A stretch of DNA of 30,534 nt from a bacterium (GTDB taxonomy: Bacteria > Patescibacteriota > Patescibacteriia > UBA1558 > S5-K13). Position 1 is the first letter of the stretch, and every line of letters starts with the position of its first letter. The DNA lies in contig JAKPTO010000051.1 of the NCBI GenBank assembly GCA_029555085.1, positions 1 through 30,534 of the forward strand, read 5' to 3'. Position numbers and translations under genes: made by a program. The notes beneath the pieces are model-generated. The model saw only the letters and a list, made by a program, of their open reading frames with translations, did not search any database and was not told the DNA's origin. Shown in pieces: positions 20,129 through 28,909 of the stretch.

Positions 20129-22291
20129 TTATTGTAAATAAATCATTATATCCCTGGTTTCCCCTGGTGCAATTTTAACAGGCGAACTCGGATCTATCAT
20201 TAAAACGTTTGCTGCGTCTATTATATAGCCTGAACCATCTGCGTCTACGTCGTAATTACTAATATAACCACTCGCGCCAGTATTTATAGTTGAATTATCA
20301 AAGTTGTATTTAAAAACATCCGGAGCTGTTCCTGTTTTTTTTGTACCCTGAAGTCCTACATCTATATAGGTTGCTGTTGCTGGATTGCTGTATTCTAAAA
20401 ATTTTGAAAAGTATATATCGTGTTTATCGTTTCTATTGTCAGACCATACAACAATGGGATAATTATTGTTAATTGAAATATCCACCATATTTTGTGATGA
20501 TGCATCATTGTTAATATTGACTCTATAATCTCTCGAAAATTTGGATCCATCTGTATTTAACTTCTGTAAATAAATGTCATCGTTTGAATTATTGTTTACA
20601 TTTCTATTATCTACCCACACAACATAAATATTATCACTATCATCAATTGTTATTTTAGGAGAATGTTGATTAGCATATGTTTCTACATTTACTCTTTTAT
20701 CTGCACTCCAAATATTATTTCCACTTGAATCTAGTTTTTGCATATAAATACCGTCATCACCGCTTCTATTATCAGTCCAAACAACATAAATATAATTATT
20801 GCTATCTACTGCTATTGCGGGAGAATTCTGACCATTGTTAGTTTCTATATTAATTATTTTATCAGAAGTCCAAATCCTATTACCATTTGAATCTAGTTTT
20901 TGCATATAGATATCCTCATCGCCATTTCTTTCATCAGTCCAAACAACATAAATATTACCATCTGAATCAACAACTGAATCCGGATCGTATTGATTAAACG
21001 GAGTATTCGCATTAACTCTATTTATTGAGCGTGTCGTAAAATCATCATTGTATATTTTTATATATACATCATTTGAATTAGACGCAAAATCTCTTTCATC
21101 GTCCCATACTACAATAGTAGTGCTCGCTGAATGTGAGTATGACAATCTACAATTTGCTTGATTTGTAATTTGAGAATCTGCGAAACCAGAACTTAAAATA
21201 CCACCAGATGAATCCAAAAACGAAACATAAATATTATTATGATCAATCATTTTTTTTGTAAAACACATAGACAAATTCAAATCTTTAATTACTTTTATAT
21301 CTGGAGAAAATCCCGAAGATTCAATTGATAAATCTTCTCCTCCTACAAACTGACTATTTCCGCCTAAATCCAATTTTTGTAAATATATTATACTTGTAAC
21401 TGAATTATCCCAAACAAAATATGAATATGTTCCGTCTGAATCTACAGATGGATTTTGTCCATCAAAAGAAGAAAAATTAACAATACGATTTTCAGGTAAT
21501 GTCGCTCTAACAGTTCTAATATTAAATTTACTTATTTCATCTATAACAAATGACGCCTCTGTTGTTTCTCCCATTCCAACTTCTAAATTTAATTTTACTG
21601 GTGTTGATGGGGACAATTCTGAAGATGAATATGTTCTATCTGTTGAATAAGCGCTTTTTGAAACAGTGATTTCATAAGAATCGCTTGGTATTACTGGGAG
21701 CCTCAATATATTTGTATCATAAGTAGAATACGATGCATCAATAATTGGTGGATCTATTGCGGAATTATTAATAGTAATATTTGCATTATTTACAGGATTT
21801 CCATTAGAGTCCACAACTGATATTTTTAAAAGTCCCCAACCCTCTGGAATCTCCTGTGTTGGTGGAATAAAAACAGAAGACATTATAACCTGTTTTTCGC
21901 CAGCCCTACCCTGCCAAGTCACCCTTACTGTTACCTTTTTATAGTCAATAAAGTCATCATTTGCATCCTCTAATAAACCATCGTAATCATCATCAAAAAA
22001 TACAACTGTTGTATTTATGTTAAATTTACCATTTCTTATAATCACCTCACTATCTGGTATAACTCCCGGAACAACTCCATCAATAGTTCCAATATCATTA
22101 TAAGGAAGGTTTCTTATTTGTTCTAATTTTTGATTTGCTATATTTATTGCTTGAACTTGATTTTTATTATCTGCGGTAATTTGTAATGAAAAATTAATAA
22201 GTGGATAAACACTTAAAACTAAAATCATAATTATAAAAAGAGACACTAAAACCTCTATTAATGAAAAAGCTTTAATAAATTTTTTTTTCAT
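20129..22291 (-). CDS. Large minor pilin (PilV-like) with a carboxypeptidase-regulatory-like beta-sandwich and beta-propeller-type repeats
   Basis: KKKFIKA|FSLIEVLV signal, KLEQIRNLPY, YKKVTVRVTW, LKISVVDSNGNPVNNANITI, repeated DSxGNIYVVWTDxRxGxxDIYMQKLDSxG. Confidence 0.85.
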   Translation of the reverse strand: MKKKFIKAFSLIEVLVSLFIIMILVLSVYPLINFSLQITADNKNQVQAINIANQKLEQIRNLPYNDIGTIDGVVPGVIPDSEVIIRNGKFNINTTVVFFDDDYDGLLEDANDDFIDYKKVTVRVTWQGRAGEKQVIMSSVFIPPTQEIPEGWGLLKISVVDSNGNPVNNANITINNSAIDPPIIDASYSTYDTNILRLPVIPSDSYEITVSKSAYSTDRTYSSSELSPSTPVKLNLEVGMGETTEASFVIDEISKFNIRTVRATLPENRIVNFSSFDGQNPSVDSDGTYSYFVWDNSVTSIIYLQKLDLGGNSQFVGGEDLSIESSGFSPDIKVIKDLNLSMCFTKKMIDHNNIYVSFLDSSGGILSSGFADSQITNQANCRLSYSHSASTTIVVWDDERDFASNSNDVYIKIYNDDFTTRSINRVNANTPFNQYDPDSVVDSDGNIYVVWTDERNGDEDIYMQKLDSNGNRIWTSDKIINIETNNGQNSPAIAVDSNNYIYVVWTDNRSGDDGIYMQKLDSSGNNIWSADKRVNVETYANQHSPKITIDDSDNIYVVWVDNRNVNNNSNDDIYLQKLNTDGSKFSRDYRVNINNDASSQNMVDISINNNYPIVVWSDNRNDKHDIYFSKFLEYSNPATATYIDVGLQGTKKTGTAPDVFKYNFDNSTINTGASGYISNYDVDADGSGYIIDAANVLMIDPSSPVKIAPGETRDIMIYLQ
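20725..20955. repeat. Intragenic tandem duplication with 162-bp (54-aa) period
   Basis: TTGAATCTAGTTTTTGCATA at 20725 and 20887; ATCAGTCCAAACAACATAAATAT at 20771 and 20933. Confidence 0.85.
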
Positions 22292-22293
22292 AT

Positions 22294-23502
22294 TTATATT
22301 GCCGATGATAGCGAATACATTGGTAATAATATAGAAACAGCCATAAAAGCAACACCCACTCCTAAAAATAAAATTAGCATTGGTTCTATTATTGATGGCA
22401 AATCTGTCATAATTTGATCAATTTCTGTTTCATAAAAATCTGCTAATTCTGCCAATATATTATCCAAATCTCCGGTCTCTTCTCCAATTGCTATCATTTG
22501 CACAACCATAGGTGGAAACAATTTTGGATATTTTTTTACAGATTCGCTAACCGTTACTCCTTTTTTTATATCATGACCGACATTTGACATAGCTTCTTTA
22601 TAATGTGAATTTCCTAAAATAGAAGCAACTATCTCAAATGAATTAACAATCATTATTTCCGTTTTTAAAAGCGAGCTAATATTTCTAGAAAATCTCGCTA
22701 AGTTAATTTTTTTAATAATTGATCCAAATACTGGAAAGCGTAATAATATCCCATCAAAAATTCTTTTTCCTTTTTTAGTTCTAATTATTCTAATTAAAAC
22801 AAAAATGAGAATAATTAAAATTATGGCTACTAGTATGCCTTTTTTCGCTAAAATATCGCTGATTGCTATAAGTATTTTTGTTGGTAATGGCAACTCTGCA
22901 TCCATTTCTTGAAAATTAGCCATCATTTGAGGAACAACAACAATCATCATAAAAATTCCAATACCTACCATTGCAAGTAAAATAGCAGCTGGATAAGTAA
23001 GAGCTCCCTTTACTTTTGATAAAAGTCCATGCTCTTTTTTCATCTGTATGTAAAGCTGTTTTAATACATCTTCTAATTGCCCAGAACTTTCACCAGCTTT
23101 TATCATGTTTACAAAAAGCTCATTAAATACTTTTGGATAAGATTTCAAACATTCTGCAAAAGATTCACCACCATCAACTCTTTCGGATATAGCCACTAAA
23201 ATCTCTTGAAAATATTTATTAGTGGTTTGCAAAGATAATGTAAATAATGCCTTTGATAAAGAAATTCCAACCCTCAACATAACCGCTAAATGTTGAACGA
23301 AAAATAATTTCTCCTTAAGCGGAACACCTGTTATTTTATTAAAAAATTGATTTATATTTTCTAAATTTATAGATTTAGAAATAGATTTAGAAACAGAAGA
23401 TGATTCTTCTTCTTTTTTAGAATAATCAAAAATTTTATTGGATTGATTTTTTGTTATTTTGGATTGATTTTTTGTTGTTTTTGTTTTTGTTTCCATATTC
23501 AT
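22294..23502 (-). CDS. pilC: Type IV pilus platform protein PilC (T2SS F family)
   Basis: AGESSGQL, ALTYP, MIAIGEETGDLD, IIEPMLI...ILLPMY. Confidence 0.93.
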   Translation of the reverse strand: MNMETKTKTTKNQSKITKNQSNKIFDYSKKEEESSSVSKSISKSINLENINQFFNKITGVPLKEKLFFVQHLAVMLRVGISLSKALFTLSLQTTNKYFQEILVAISERVDGGESFAECLKSYPKVFNELFVNMIKAGESSGQLEDVLKQLYIQMKKEHGLLSKVKGALTYPAAILLAMVGIGIFMMIVVVPQMMANFQEMDAELPLPTKILIAISDILAKKGILVAIILIILIFVLIRIIRTKKGKRIFDGILLRFPVFGSIIKKINLARFSRNISSLLKTEIMIVNSFEIVASILGNSHYKEAMSNVGHDIKKGVTVSESVKKYPKLFPPMVVQMIAIGEETGDLDNILAELADFYETEIDQIMTDLPSIIEPMLILFLGVGVAFMAVSILLPMYSLSSAI

Positions 23503-23525
23503 ATAAATAGTAAATAAATTCTAAA

Positions 23526-25256
23526 CTACTGTTTTGTAACTCTTAATATTTCTTCGATTGTTGTTATCCCGCTTTTCGCTTTTAAAAATCCGTCTTCTAT
23601 CATTGTTATCATATTTTTTGTTTTCGCATGTTCTCTAATTTTTTCTGCTCCGGCATTGTGCATAATTAAATCAGACAACTTCTCATCATTTTCTAATATT
23701 TCATATATTCCTATTCTACCCTTATAACCAGTTTTTTTACATTTATCACAACCCTTGCCTCTATAAAATAATACATCCTTTAATCCATTTTTTGCACTAG
23801 ATATTGCTTTTTCTCTTTCTAGTGTATTCAAAATCGATTGTATATCCATTTGTTTCTCTAATTCTTTAATCAATTTATCATCTATGGTGTAACTTGTTAT
23901 ACAATCTGGACAAATTTTTCTCAATAATCTCTGCGCTATTATTATATTAAATGTTGAAGCGAGTAAAAAAGTAGGCACTCCCATTTCTAAAAGACGAGGA
24001 ACTGAAGTTGGAGCATCATTCGTGTGAAGAGTTGACAAAACCAAATGTCCAGTAAGCGCAGAGTGAATTGCTATCTCAGCAGTTTCTTGATCTCTAATTT
24101 CTCCAACCATTATAATGTTTGGGTCTTGTCTAAGCAAAGCCCTGAGTCCAGATGCAAAAGTAAATCCTATTTTTGGATTAATCTGAGATTGATTAACGCC
24201 TTTCATTCTATATTCAATAGGATCTTCAATTGTTGAAATATTTACCTCAGGAGTATTTAATATATTTAAAATAGTATAAAGAGTTGTAGTTTTACCACTT
24301 CCCGTAGGTCCGGTTACCAAAATCATTCCGTGTGGTTTTTCTATGTTTCTTTTTATAATTTCAAGTGCTCCCGGGTTTAATCCTAATTGCTCCAATGACA
24401 AAACTTTTGACTTTTCATTTAAAAGACGCATTACAATTTTTTCTCCATCAAAAGTTGGAATTACAGAAACTCTAAACGAAACTTTAAATTTATCAGAAGA
24501 AATTTTAAATCTACCATCTTGTGGCATTCTATGTTCGTCGACTTTCAAATTAGCTAATATTTTTATTCTACTTATTATTCCTGATTGGATATATTTAGGA
24601 AATTTCATCATGTTGTATAATATTCCATCCACTCTAAATCTAATTAAAACATTCTTTTCTTCTGCTTCTATATGTATATCAGAAGCGCCTTCTAAAATTG
24701 CGTGTTCTAATAGTGTATCAACAACTTTGGTTATTGGAATATCGTATGCTAATTTTTCAAGATCGCTGGAGTCCTCTTGATTAACTTTTTTATCGTCTTC
24801 TGTTAAATATTTAAATTCTGCACTAAGACTCTTTCTGTAATTTTTAAGAGCTTCTTTTATGGCTTCTGGAGTTGCAATATTTTTAGCAATTTTAAAATTT
24901 AAACTTTTTTCTAAAAATTCAAAAATTTCTAAATTATATGGATTGGAAGTGGCTACTTGAATTGTTTTCTCATCACTATCAAATGCTATTATATTATTAT
25001 TGACAGCTATGTCTTCTGAAATAAGAGATAAGGTATCTTTTCTAATTTTAATTTTTTTTAAATCTACAAATGGTAAATTCAAAAATGTAGCGCATGCGCT
25101 ATAAAATATATCTGGCTTTATAATTCCATTATCGAATAAATATTGTAGAATGTCTTTTTTTTCTTTCTTCGCTTTCTCTTTGGCTTTTAAAAATTCTGCC
25201 TCCGGAAGAATTTGTGAAAAAATTAAAATATCTCTAACTTTTTTTTCTGGGAACAT
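23526..25256 (-). CDS. pilB: Type IV pilus assembly ATPase PilB (GspE/PulE family)
   Basis: ASDIHIE, PQDGR, Walker A GPTGSGKTTTLY, TIEDPIEY, LRQDPNIIMVGEIRD, TGHLVLSTLHTND, tetracysteine CPDC/CDKC. Confidence 0.95.
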   Translation of the reverse strand: MFPEKKVRDILIFSQILPEAEFLKAKEKAKKEKKDILQYLFDNGIIKPDIFYSACATFLNLPFVDLKKIKIRKDTLSLISEDIAVNNNIIAFDSDEKTIQVATSNPYNLEIFEFLEKSLNFKIAKNIATPEAIKEALKNYRKSLSAEFKYLTEDDKKVNQEDSSDLEKLAYDIPITKVVDTLLEHAILEGASDIHIEAEEKNVLIRFRVDGILYNMMKFPKYIQSGIISRIKILANLKVDEHRMPQDGRFKISSDKFKVSFRVSVIPTFDGEKIVMRLLNEKSKVLSLEQLGLNPGALEIIKRNIEKPHGMILVTGPTGSGKTTTLYTILNILNTPEVNISTIEDPIEYRMKGVNQSQINPKIGFTFASGLRALLRQDPNIIMVGEIRDQETAEIAIHSALTGHLVLSTLHTNDAPTSVPRLLEMGVPTFLLASTFNIIIAQRLLRKICPDCITSYTIDDKLIKELEKQMDIQSILNTLEREKAISSAKNGLKDVLFYRGKGCDKCKKTGYKGRIGIYEILENDEKLSDLIMHNAGAEKIREHAKTKNMITMIEDGFLKAKSGITTIEEILRVTKQ

Positions 25257-25392
25257 ATTTTTATTTTATTTATAATATTATTTTATCATAATTTTTAATA
25301 TAAAAATAGATGCGATATTTTATTTTCTATGGTTTTATTTTTAATTTCTTGATAAAATTAATCTATTAAAAAAATAATTTTATATTAACAAA

Positions 25393-25641
25393 ATGAAAAA
25401 TATACTTTATGGAATTTTAGTATTAGCCTGCGGATTTCTAGTTGTTTGGAAGGCTAAGTGGATAGTTGATAATTTTGGAAGAAATGCATGGGCCGAAGAA
25501 AAATTAGGAACATCCGGTGGAACAGTATTTCTATATAAAGTAATTGGAATATTGGTTGTGTTTTTTGGAATGTTAATGATCACTGGATTAAAAAATGATT
25601 TTTTAATGGCAACTCTTGGTAAAATGTTTTTTCTAAATTAA
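25393..25641 (+). CDS. Small two-TM membrane protein
   Basis: 82 aa with two hydrophobic helices flanking FGRNAWAEEKLGTSGG. Confidence 0.8.
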   Translation: MKNILYGILVLACGFLVVWKAKWIVDNFGRNAWAEEKLGTSGGTVFLYKVIGILVVFFGMLMITGLKNDFLMATLGKMFFLN

Positions 25642-25815
25642 AAAAATTAGAAAAATTTTTATTTATATATAGATTTTTTTAAAAAAATAGTTTATAATTA
25701 ATATACACTTTTAAAAATAAAAATTTATGGAGATGCATGTCTTCACAAATAAATAAAAATTAAAAATTAATTAATTTTCCTGCTAATTTTAAAAATTAGT
25801 GGGAGCCGAAAAAAA

Positions 25816-25962
25816 ATGGCTACTAAGAAAAAAGCAAAAAAGACAGTAAAAAAAGCCACAAAAAAACCTGCAAAAAAGGTTGCAAAAAAACCTGTTAAAA
25901 AGACAGTAAAAAAAGTTGCAAAAAAACCTGCAAAAAAGGTTGCAAAAAAAGGCAAAAAGTAG
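25816..25962 (+). CDS. Histone H1-like Lys/Ala/Pro-rich basic protein (48 aa), not in ORF track
   Basis: MATKKKAKKTVKKATKKPAKKVAKKPVKKTVKKVAKKPAKKVAKKGKK*; GGGAG at 25801-25805; terminator downstream. Confidence 0.8.
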   Translation: MATKKKAKKTVKKATKKPAKKVAKKPVKKTVKKVAKKPAKKVAKKGKK

Positions 25963-25986
25963 TTTGTGGTAAATTGTCTATAAAAA

Positions 25987-26023
25987 GTAAAAATCCCTAA
26001 CCTTGTCGTGTAGGGATTTTTAC
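25987..26023. terminator. Bidirectional terminator between the H1-like gene and EndoQ
   Basis: GTAAAAATCCCTA / TAGGGATTTTTAC perfect 13-bp inverted repeat between convergent genes. Confidence 0.75.
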
Positions 26024-26042
26024 ATTATACAAAAAATATAAA

Positions 26043-27308
26043 TTAAAATAATTTTTCTTGAACTTTTTTATTTTTAATTTTTTCTAAATCAGAAAAAATT
26101 TTTACAATTCCATATTCTCCATCATATCCCGGTATAACACTCATCTCTCCTTTACGCATTCTTATTATTGCATCAACTATTGTTTGATTTTTTATTAAAC
26201 TTCTAAGCTCGTCTTCTGTTTTGTTTAGAAGTACATCAAATTCATTGCCAACATTTTTAATAATATCAAAATAAATAATATCAACTTTCTTGGTAGTGGA
26301 TCTCTGATTGATTGCTTCTCCGATAACTTCTTTTAAACCAACACAATGTTTATATGGAATAAATTTATTTTTATTTTTTTCTACTTCTTCTTTGTTTCTA
26401 TCTGATAAAACAGAAACTCTATTCAAAACTCCGAATGTTAATTCTTTTTTACAGACAGGACAAATTTTTATTTTTTTAGATGTTAATGGATCAATACTTA
26501 CACCGCAAGCTCTATGTCCATCAAAATGATATTTGCCTTCTTCGGGATAAAACTCTATTGTATATAAAAATTTTTTCTTATCTTTATTTTTTATTGTTTC
26601 ATATATTTCGTCATAGCTAAAATTTTGTAAATCAAAAACATTTGCCTCTCTGCCTATTCTTTCTAAACTATGAGAATCAGAATTAGAAACAAGCGTATAT
26701 TTATCAAGCGACGAAACAAACCAATTCATATATGGATCTGATGAAAGACCAGTTTCAAGAGCATAAATATTTTTTGCATACTTACCAAAACATTCTTCAA
26801 TAGAATCAAACCCAGATTTAGAACCAAGTACTGCAAACCACGGAGTCCAAATATGCGCAGGAATTATTAAACTTTTTTTATTTACTTCAAGTGCAATACC
26901 AGTTAATGTTTCAGCTGAGAGTCCTATAATTGGTCTCCCATCTGATTTCAAATTACAACCCCTATCACAAAGCTCTTTGTTAAATTTTTTAACCGACTCT
27001 ATGTCTGGCATCAAAATTACAATATGAACTCTTCTGGTTTTATCATTTTGTTTATAAATACATGAAATTTCAGATGACAAAACAAATCTTACATCACTGT
27101 CATCATTTCTTAATTTATAAAAACCGTTTTCTAAATCAATCATTTCGTCTTCAAACTCTTTTAACCACAAAGAGTGAGTAAAGTCTCCTGTGCCCAATAA
27201 ATTAATACCTTTTATATTGCACCAGTGTGATAAATTTCTAAAATTAATTTGTTTAGAACATGACCTAGAAAATCTAGAATGTATATGTAAATCCGCCACA
27301 ACTATCAT
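26043..27308 (-). CDS. Endonuclease Q family protein (PHP domain plus Zn-binding region)
   Basis: DLHIHSRFS, GTGDFTH, PAHIWTPWF, ETGLSSD, SNSDSHS, EEGKYHFDGHRAC, CPVC, PGYDGEYG. Confidence 0.9.
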   Translation of the reverse strand: MIVVADLHIHSRFSRSCSKQINFRNLSHWCNIKGINLLGTGDFTHSLWLKEFEDEMIDLENGFYKLRNDDSDVRFVLSSEISCIYKQNDKTRRVHIVILMPDIESVKKFNKELCDRGCNLKSDGRPIIGLSAETLTGIALEVNKKSLIIPAHIWTPWFAVLGSKSGFDSIEECFGKYAKNIYALETGLSSDPYMNWFVSSLDKYTLVSNSDSHSLERIGREANVFDLQNFSYDEIYETIKNKDKKKFLYTIEFYPEEGKYHFDGHRACGVSIDPLTSKKIKICPVCKKELTFGVLNRVSVLSDRNKEEVEKNKNKFIPYKHCVGLKEVIGEAINQRSTTKKVDIIYFDIIKNVGNEFDVLLNKTEDELRSLIKNQTIVDAIIRMRKGEMSVIPGYDGEYGIVKIFSDLEKIKNKKVQEKLF

Positions 27309-27397
27309 ATATTTGTATATTTATTTATTCTTTTGATATAATAATATCAGAGATACATTAATAGTTCAAAATTCAATATAATTAATATATAACTAAA

Positions 27398-27709
27398 ATG
27401 GAAAATCCAGAAGGTAAAACAATATGTCCAGAATGTAATTTATACAAAGATATTTTTGTTACCGGAATTTGTCTAGATTGTTTCAAAAAAAAGCAAGGAG
27501 AAGAACAAGAAGAAAATCCATTAGATAAATATACATTTGAAGAAGATGAATATGAAAAACTAGAAAATGACTTCATAGAAAAAGATAATAGAGAAAAAAA
27601 TTCTAACAATATGGTAGTTCATCCAAAACCAAATAAGACCGATAGGGAAAGAGCAATTGATAAAATGATAAAATTAGAAAGAGAAATTGGAAAAAATAGA
27701 AAAAAATAA
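27398..27709 (+). CDS. Hypothetical protein with N-terminal CxxC-x11-CxxC zinc ribbon
   Basis: CPECNLYKDIFVTGICLDC; acidic middle and basic C-terminus. Confidence 0.7.
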   Translation: MENPEGKTICPECNLYKDIFVTGICLDCFKKKQGEEQEENPLDKYTFEEDEYEKLENDFIEKDNREKNSNNMVVHPKPNKTDRERAIDKMIKLEREIGKNRKK

Positions 27710-27867
27710 TGGAACAATACATAGAATCAGAACAAGCAAAACAATTATCATACGCTGAACCACAGGATGAATATGTTTGTATTAGGTGCGGAAATAAAGT
27801 TGAATTAGTAATAGACGGAATATGTCTCAGGTGTTCCAATGAGCTAGACACCCAAGAACAAAAATAA
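27709..27867 (+). CDS. 52-aa CxxC-x11-CxxC zinc-ribbon mini-protein, not in ORF track
   Basis: MEQYIESEQAKQLSYAEPQDEYVCIRCGNKVELVIDGICLRCSNELDTQEQK*; TAATG stop/start overlap with the upstream gene. Confidence 0.7.
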   Translation: MEQYIESEQAKQLSYAEPQDEYVCIRCGNKVELVIDGICLRCSNELDTQEQK

Positions 27868-27882
27868 AACATAGTTTTATAA

Positions 27883-27909
27883 AAAAATTCGGACACAATC
27901 CGAATTTTT
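27883..27909. terminator. Bidirectional terminator
   Basis: AAAAATTCGGA-CACAA-TCCGAATTTTT between convergent genes. Confidence 0.7.
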
Positions 27910-27920
27910 ATTTATTAATT

Positions 27921-28049
27921 TTATTTTTTGGTCTTTTTTTTATTAGCTCGGGACTTAATCATTTCTCTTTTTATTGCTAATCTTTTTTTTGTTTTGTGAG
28001 AAGTTGTTCTTTTCATTTTTCCCACAGCGTGTCTTCTTTTTGCTGGCAT
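27921..28049 (-). CDS. Small highly basic protein (42 aa)
   Basis: MPAKRRHAVGKMKRTTSHKTKKRLAIKREMIKSRANKKKTKK*; ATG at 28049 preferred over the TTG start in the track. Confidence 0.7.
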   Translation of the reverse strand: MPAKRRHAVGKMKRTTSHKTKKRLAIKREMIKSRANKKKTKK

Positions 28050-28198
28050 AAATTTAAAAATAAACTTTATTAATATAAACATATTACACTGAAAACTAAA
28101 TAAAATCAACGAAGTGTAAATATTTTTTTTATTCTTGCATGAATTATAATATTAATAATGATGCTTTTCAATTTAACAAAAAAAATAACACTCAAACA

Positions 28199-28227
28199 TT
28201 GACTTTTTGTAAATTTTTGTTTATATT
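28199..28227 (+). promoter_or_regulatory. Predicted promoter of the tRNA pair
   Basis: TTGACT, 17 nt, TATATT, ending 24 nt upstream of tRNA-Arg. Confidence 0.55.
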
Positions 28228-28251
28228 TAAAAAAGTTTTTATTACTTTTAT

Positions 28252-28326
28252 GTCCTGGTAGTTCAATGGATAGAACAACAGCCTTCTAAGCTGTGGATCT
28301 AGGTTCGATTCCTAGCCAGGATACCA
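28252..28326 (+). tRNA. tRNA-Arg (anticodon TCT)
   Basis: Cloverleaf with acceptor GTCCTGG/CCAGGAT, anticodon arm ACAGC-CTTCTAA-GCTGT, T arm CTAGG-TTCGATT-CCTAG and encoded CCA. Confidence 0.96.
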
Positions 28327-28327
28327 T

Positions 28328-28402
28328 GGTGGCTATAGTTTAGCGGTAGAACAGCGGGTTGTGGTCCCGTTGGTCTGGGTTCGACTCCCAGTAGCCACCC
28401 CA
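28328..28402 (+). tRNA. tRNA-His (anticodon GTG) with encoded G-1
   Basis: G-1:C73 pair, acceptor GTGGCTA/TAGCCAC, anticodon arm GCGGG-TTGTGGT-CCCGT, TTCGACT loop and encoded CCA. Confidence 0.96.
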
Positions 28403-28405
28403 TTC

Positions 28406-28438
28406 AAAAACATTGATTATATCAGTGTTTTTTTGATT
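28406..28438 (+). repeat. Terminator-like hairpin; copy 1 of a 33-bp direct repeat
   Basis: AAAAACATTGATTATATCAGTGTTTTTTTGATT; 31/33 identical to 30304-30336. Confidence 0.85.
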
Positions 28439-28539
28439 ATAGAGTTGTAGGTACGAGATCTTTTTTCATTTCATCAAAACAAGCTGTGGCCATATTGTGG
28501 CCAATATTGTTTTTTGATTTTACATTTATATAGATAGAA

Positions 28540-28704
28540 TTATTCAATTTTTGTGTTATTTATAACAGAGTAACTGAGATGAATATAAGAATTATTTAAC
28601 TTTTTTATATTAAGCAATTTTAATGCTTTTATATTTTTTAATTCTTTTATAGATGATAGTGATTTTCCATCAATTAAAGTTGGAGTATCTTTTCCACCAA
28701 TTAC
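28540..28704 (-). pseudogene. 3' fragment of a RibD C-terminal / dihydrofolate-reductase-family gene
   Basis: VIGGKDTPTLIDGKSLSSIKELKNIKALKLLNIKKLNNSYIHLSYSVINNTKIE*; the IGGKDTPTLIDG motif is typical of RibD reductase C-termini; in-frame TAA directly upstream and no start codon. Confidence 0.7.
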
Positions 28705-28909
28705 TTAAAAAGTTTTTTATTTATATAAATTTTAATTTTAAAATTTTTAATTACAAAAATTACAAAACAAATTTAAAATGAATAATTTTTTTTAAAAAAT
28801 TTCCAAATTATAAATGTATTTTTAAATCTTGTTCCATATTTTAATTCTAGAGTAAAATAATATTTATTTTTGTGATATAATTAATTTATTACAATTAATA
28901 AATTCATTT

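Noticed and set aside
25767-25955. 62-aa Phe-rich minus-strand ORF
   Set aside because: Antisense shadow of the Lys-rich gene 25816..25962.
28481-28489. AAGCTGTGG match to tRNA-Arg (28288-28296) as an att duplication
   Set aside because: Only 9 nt, which cannot be distinguished from chance.
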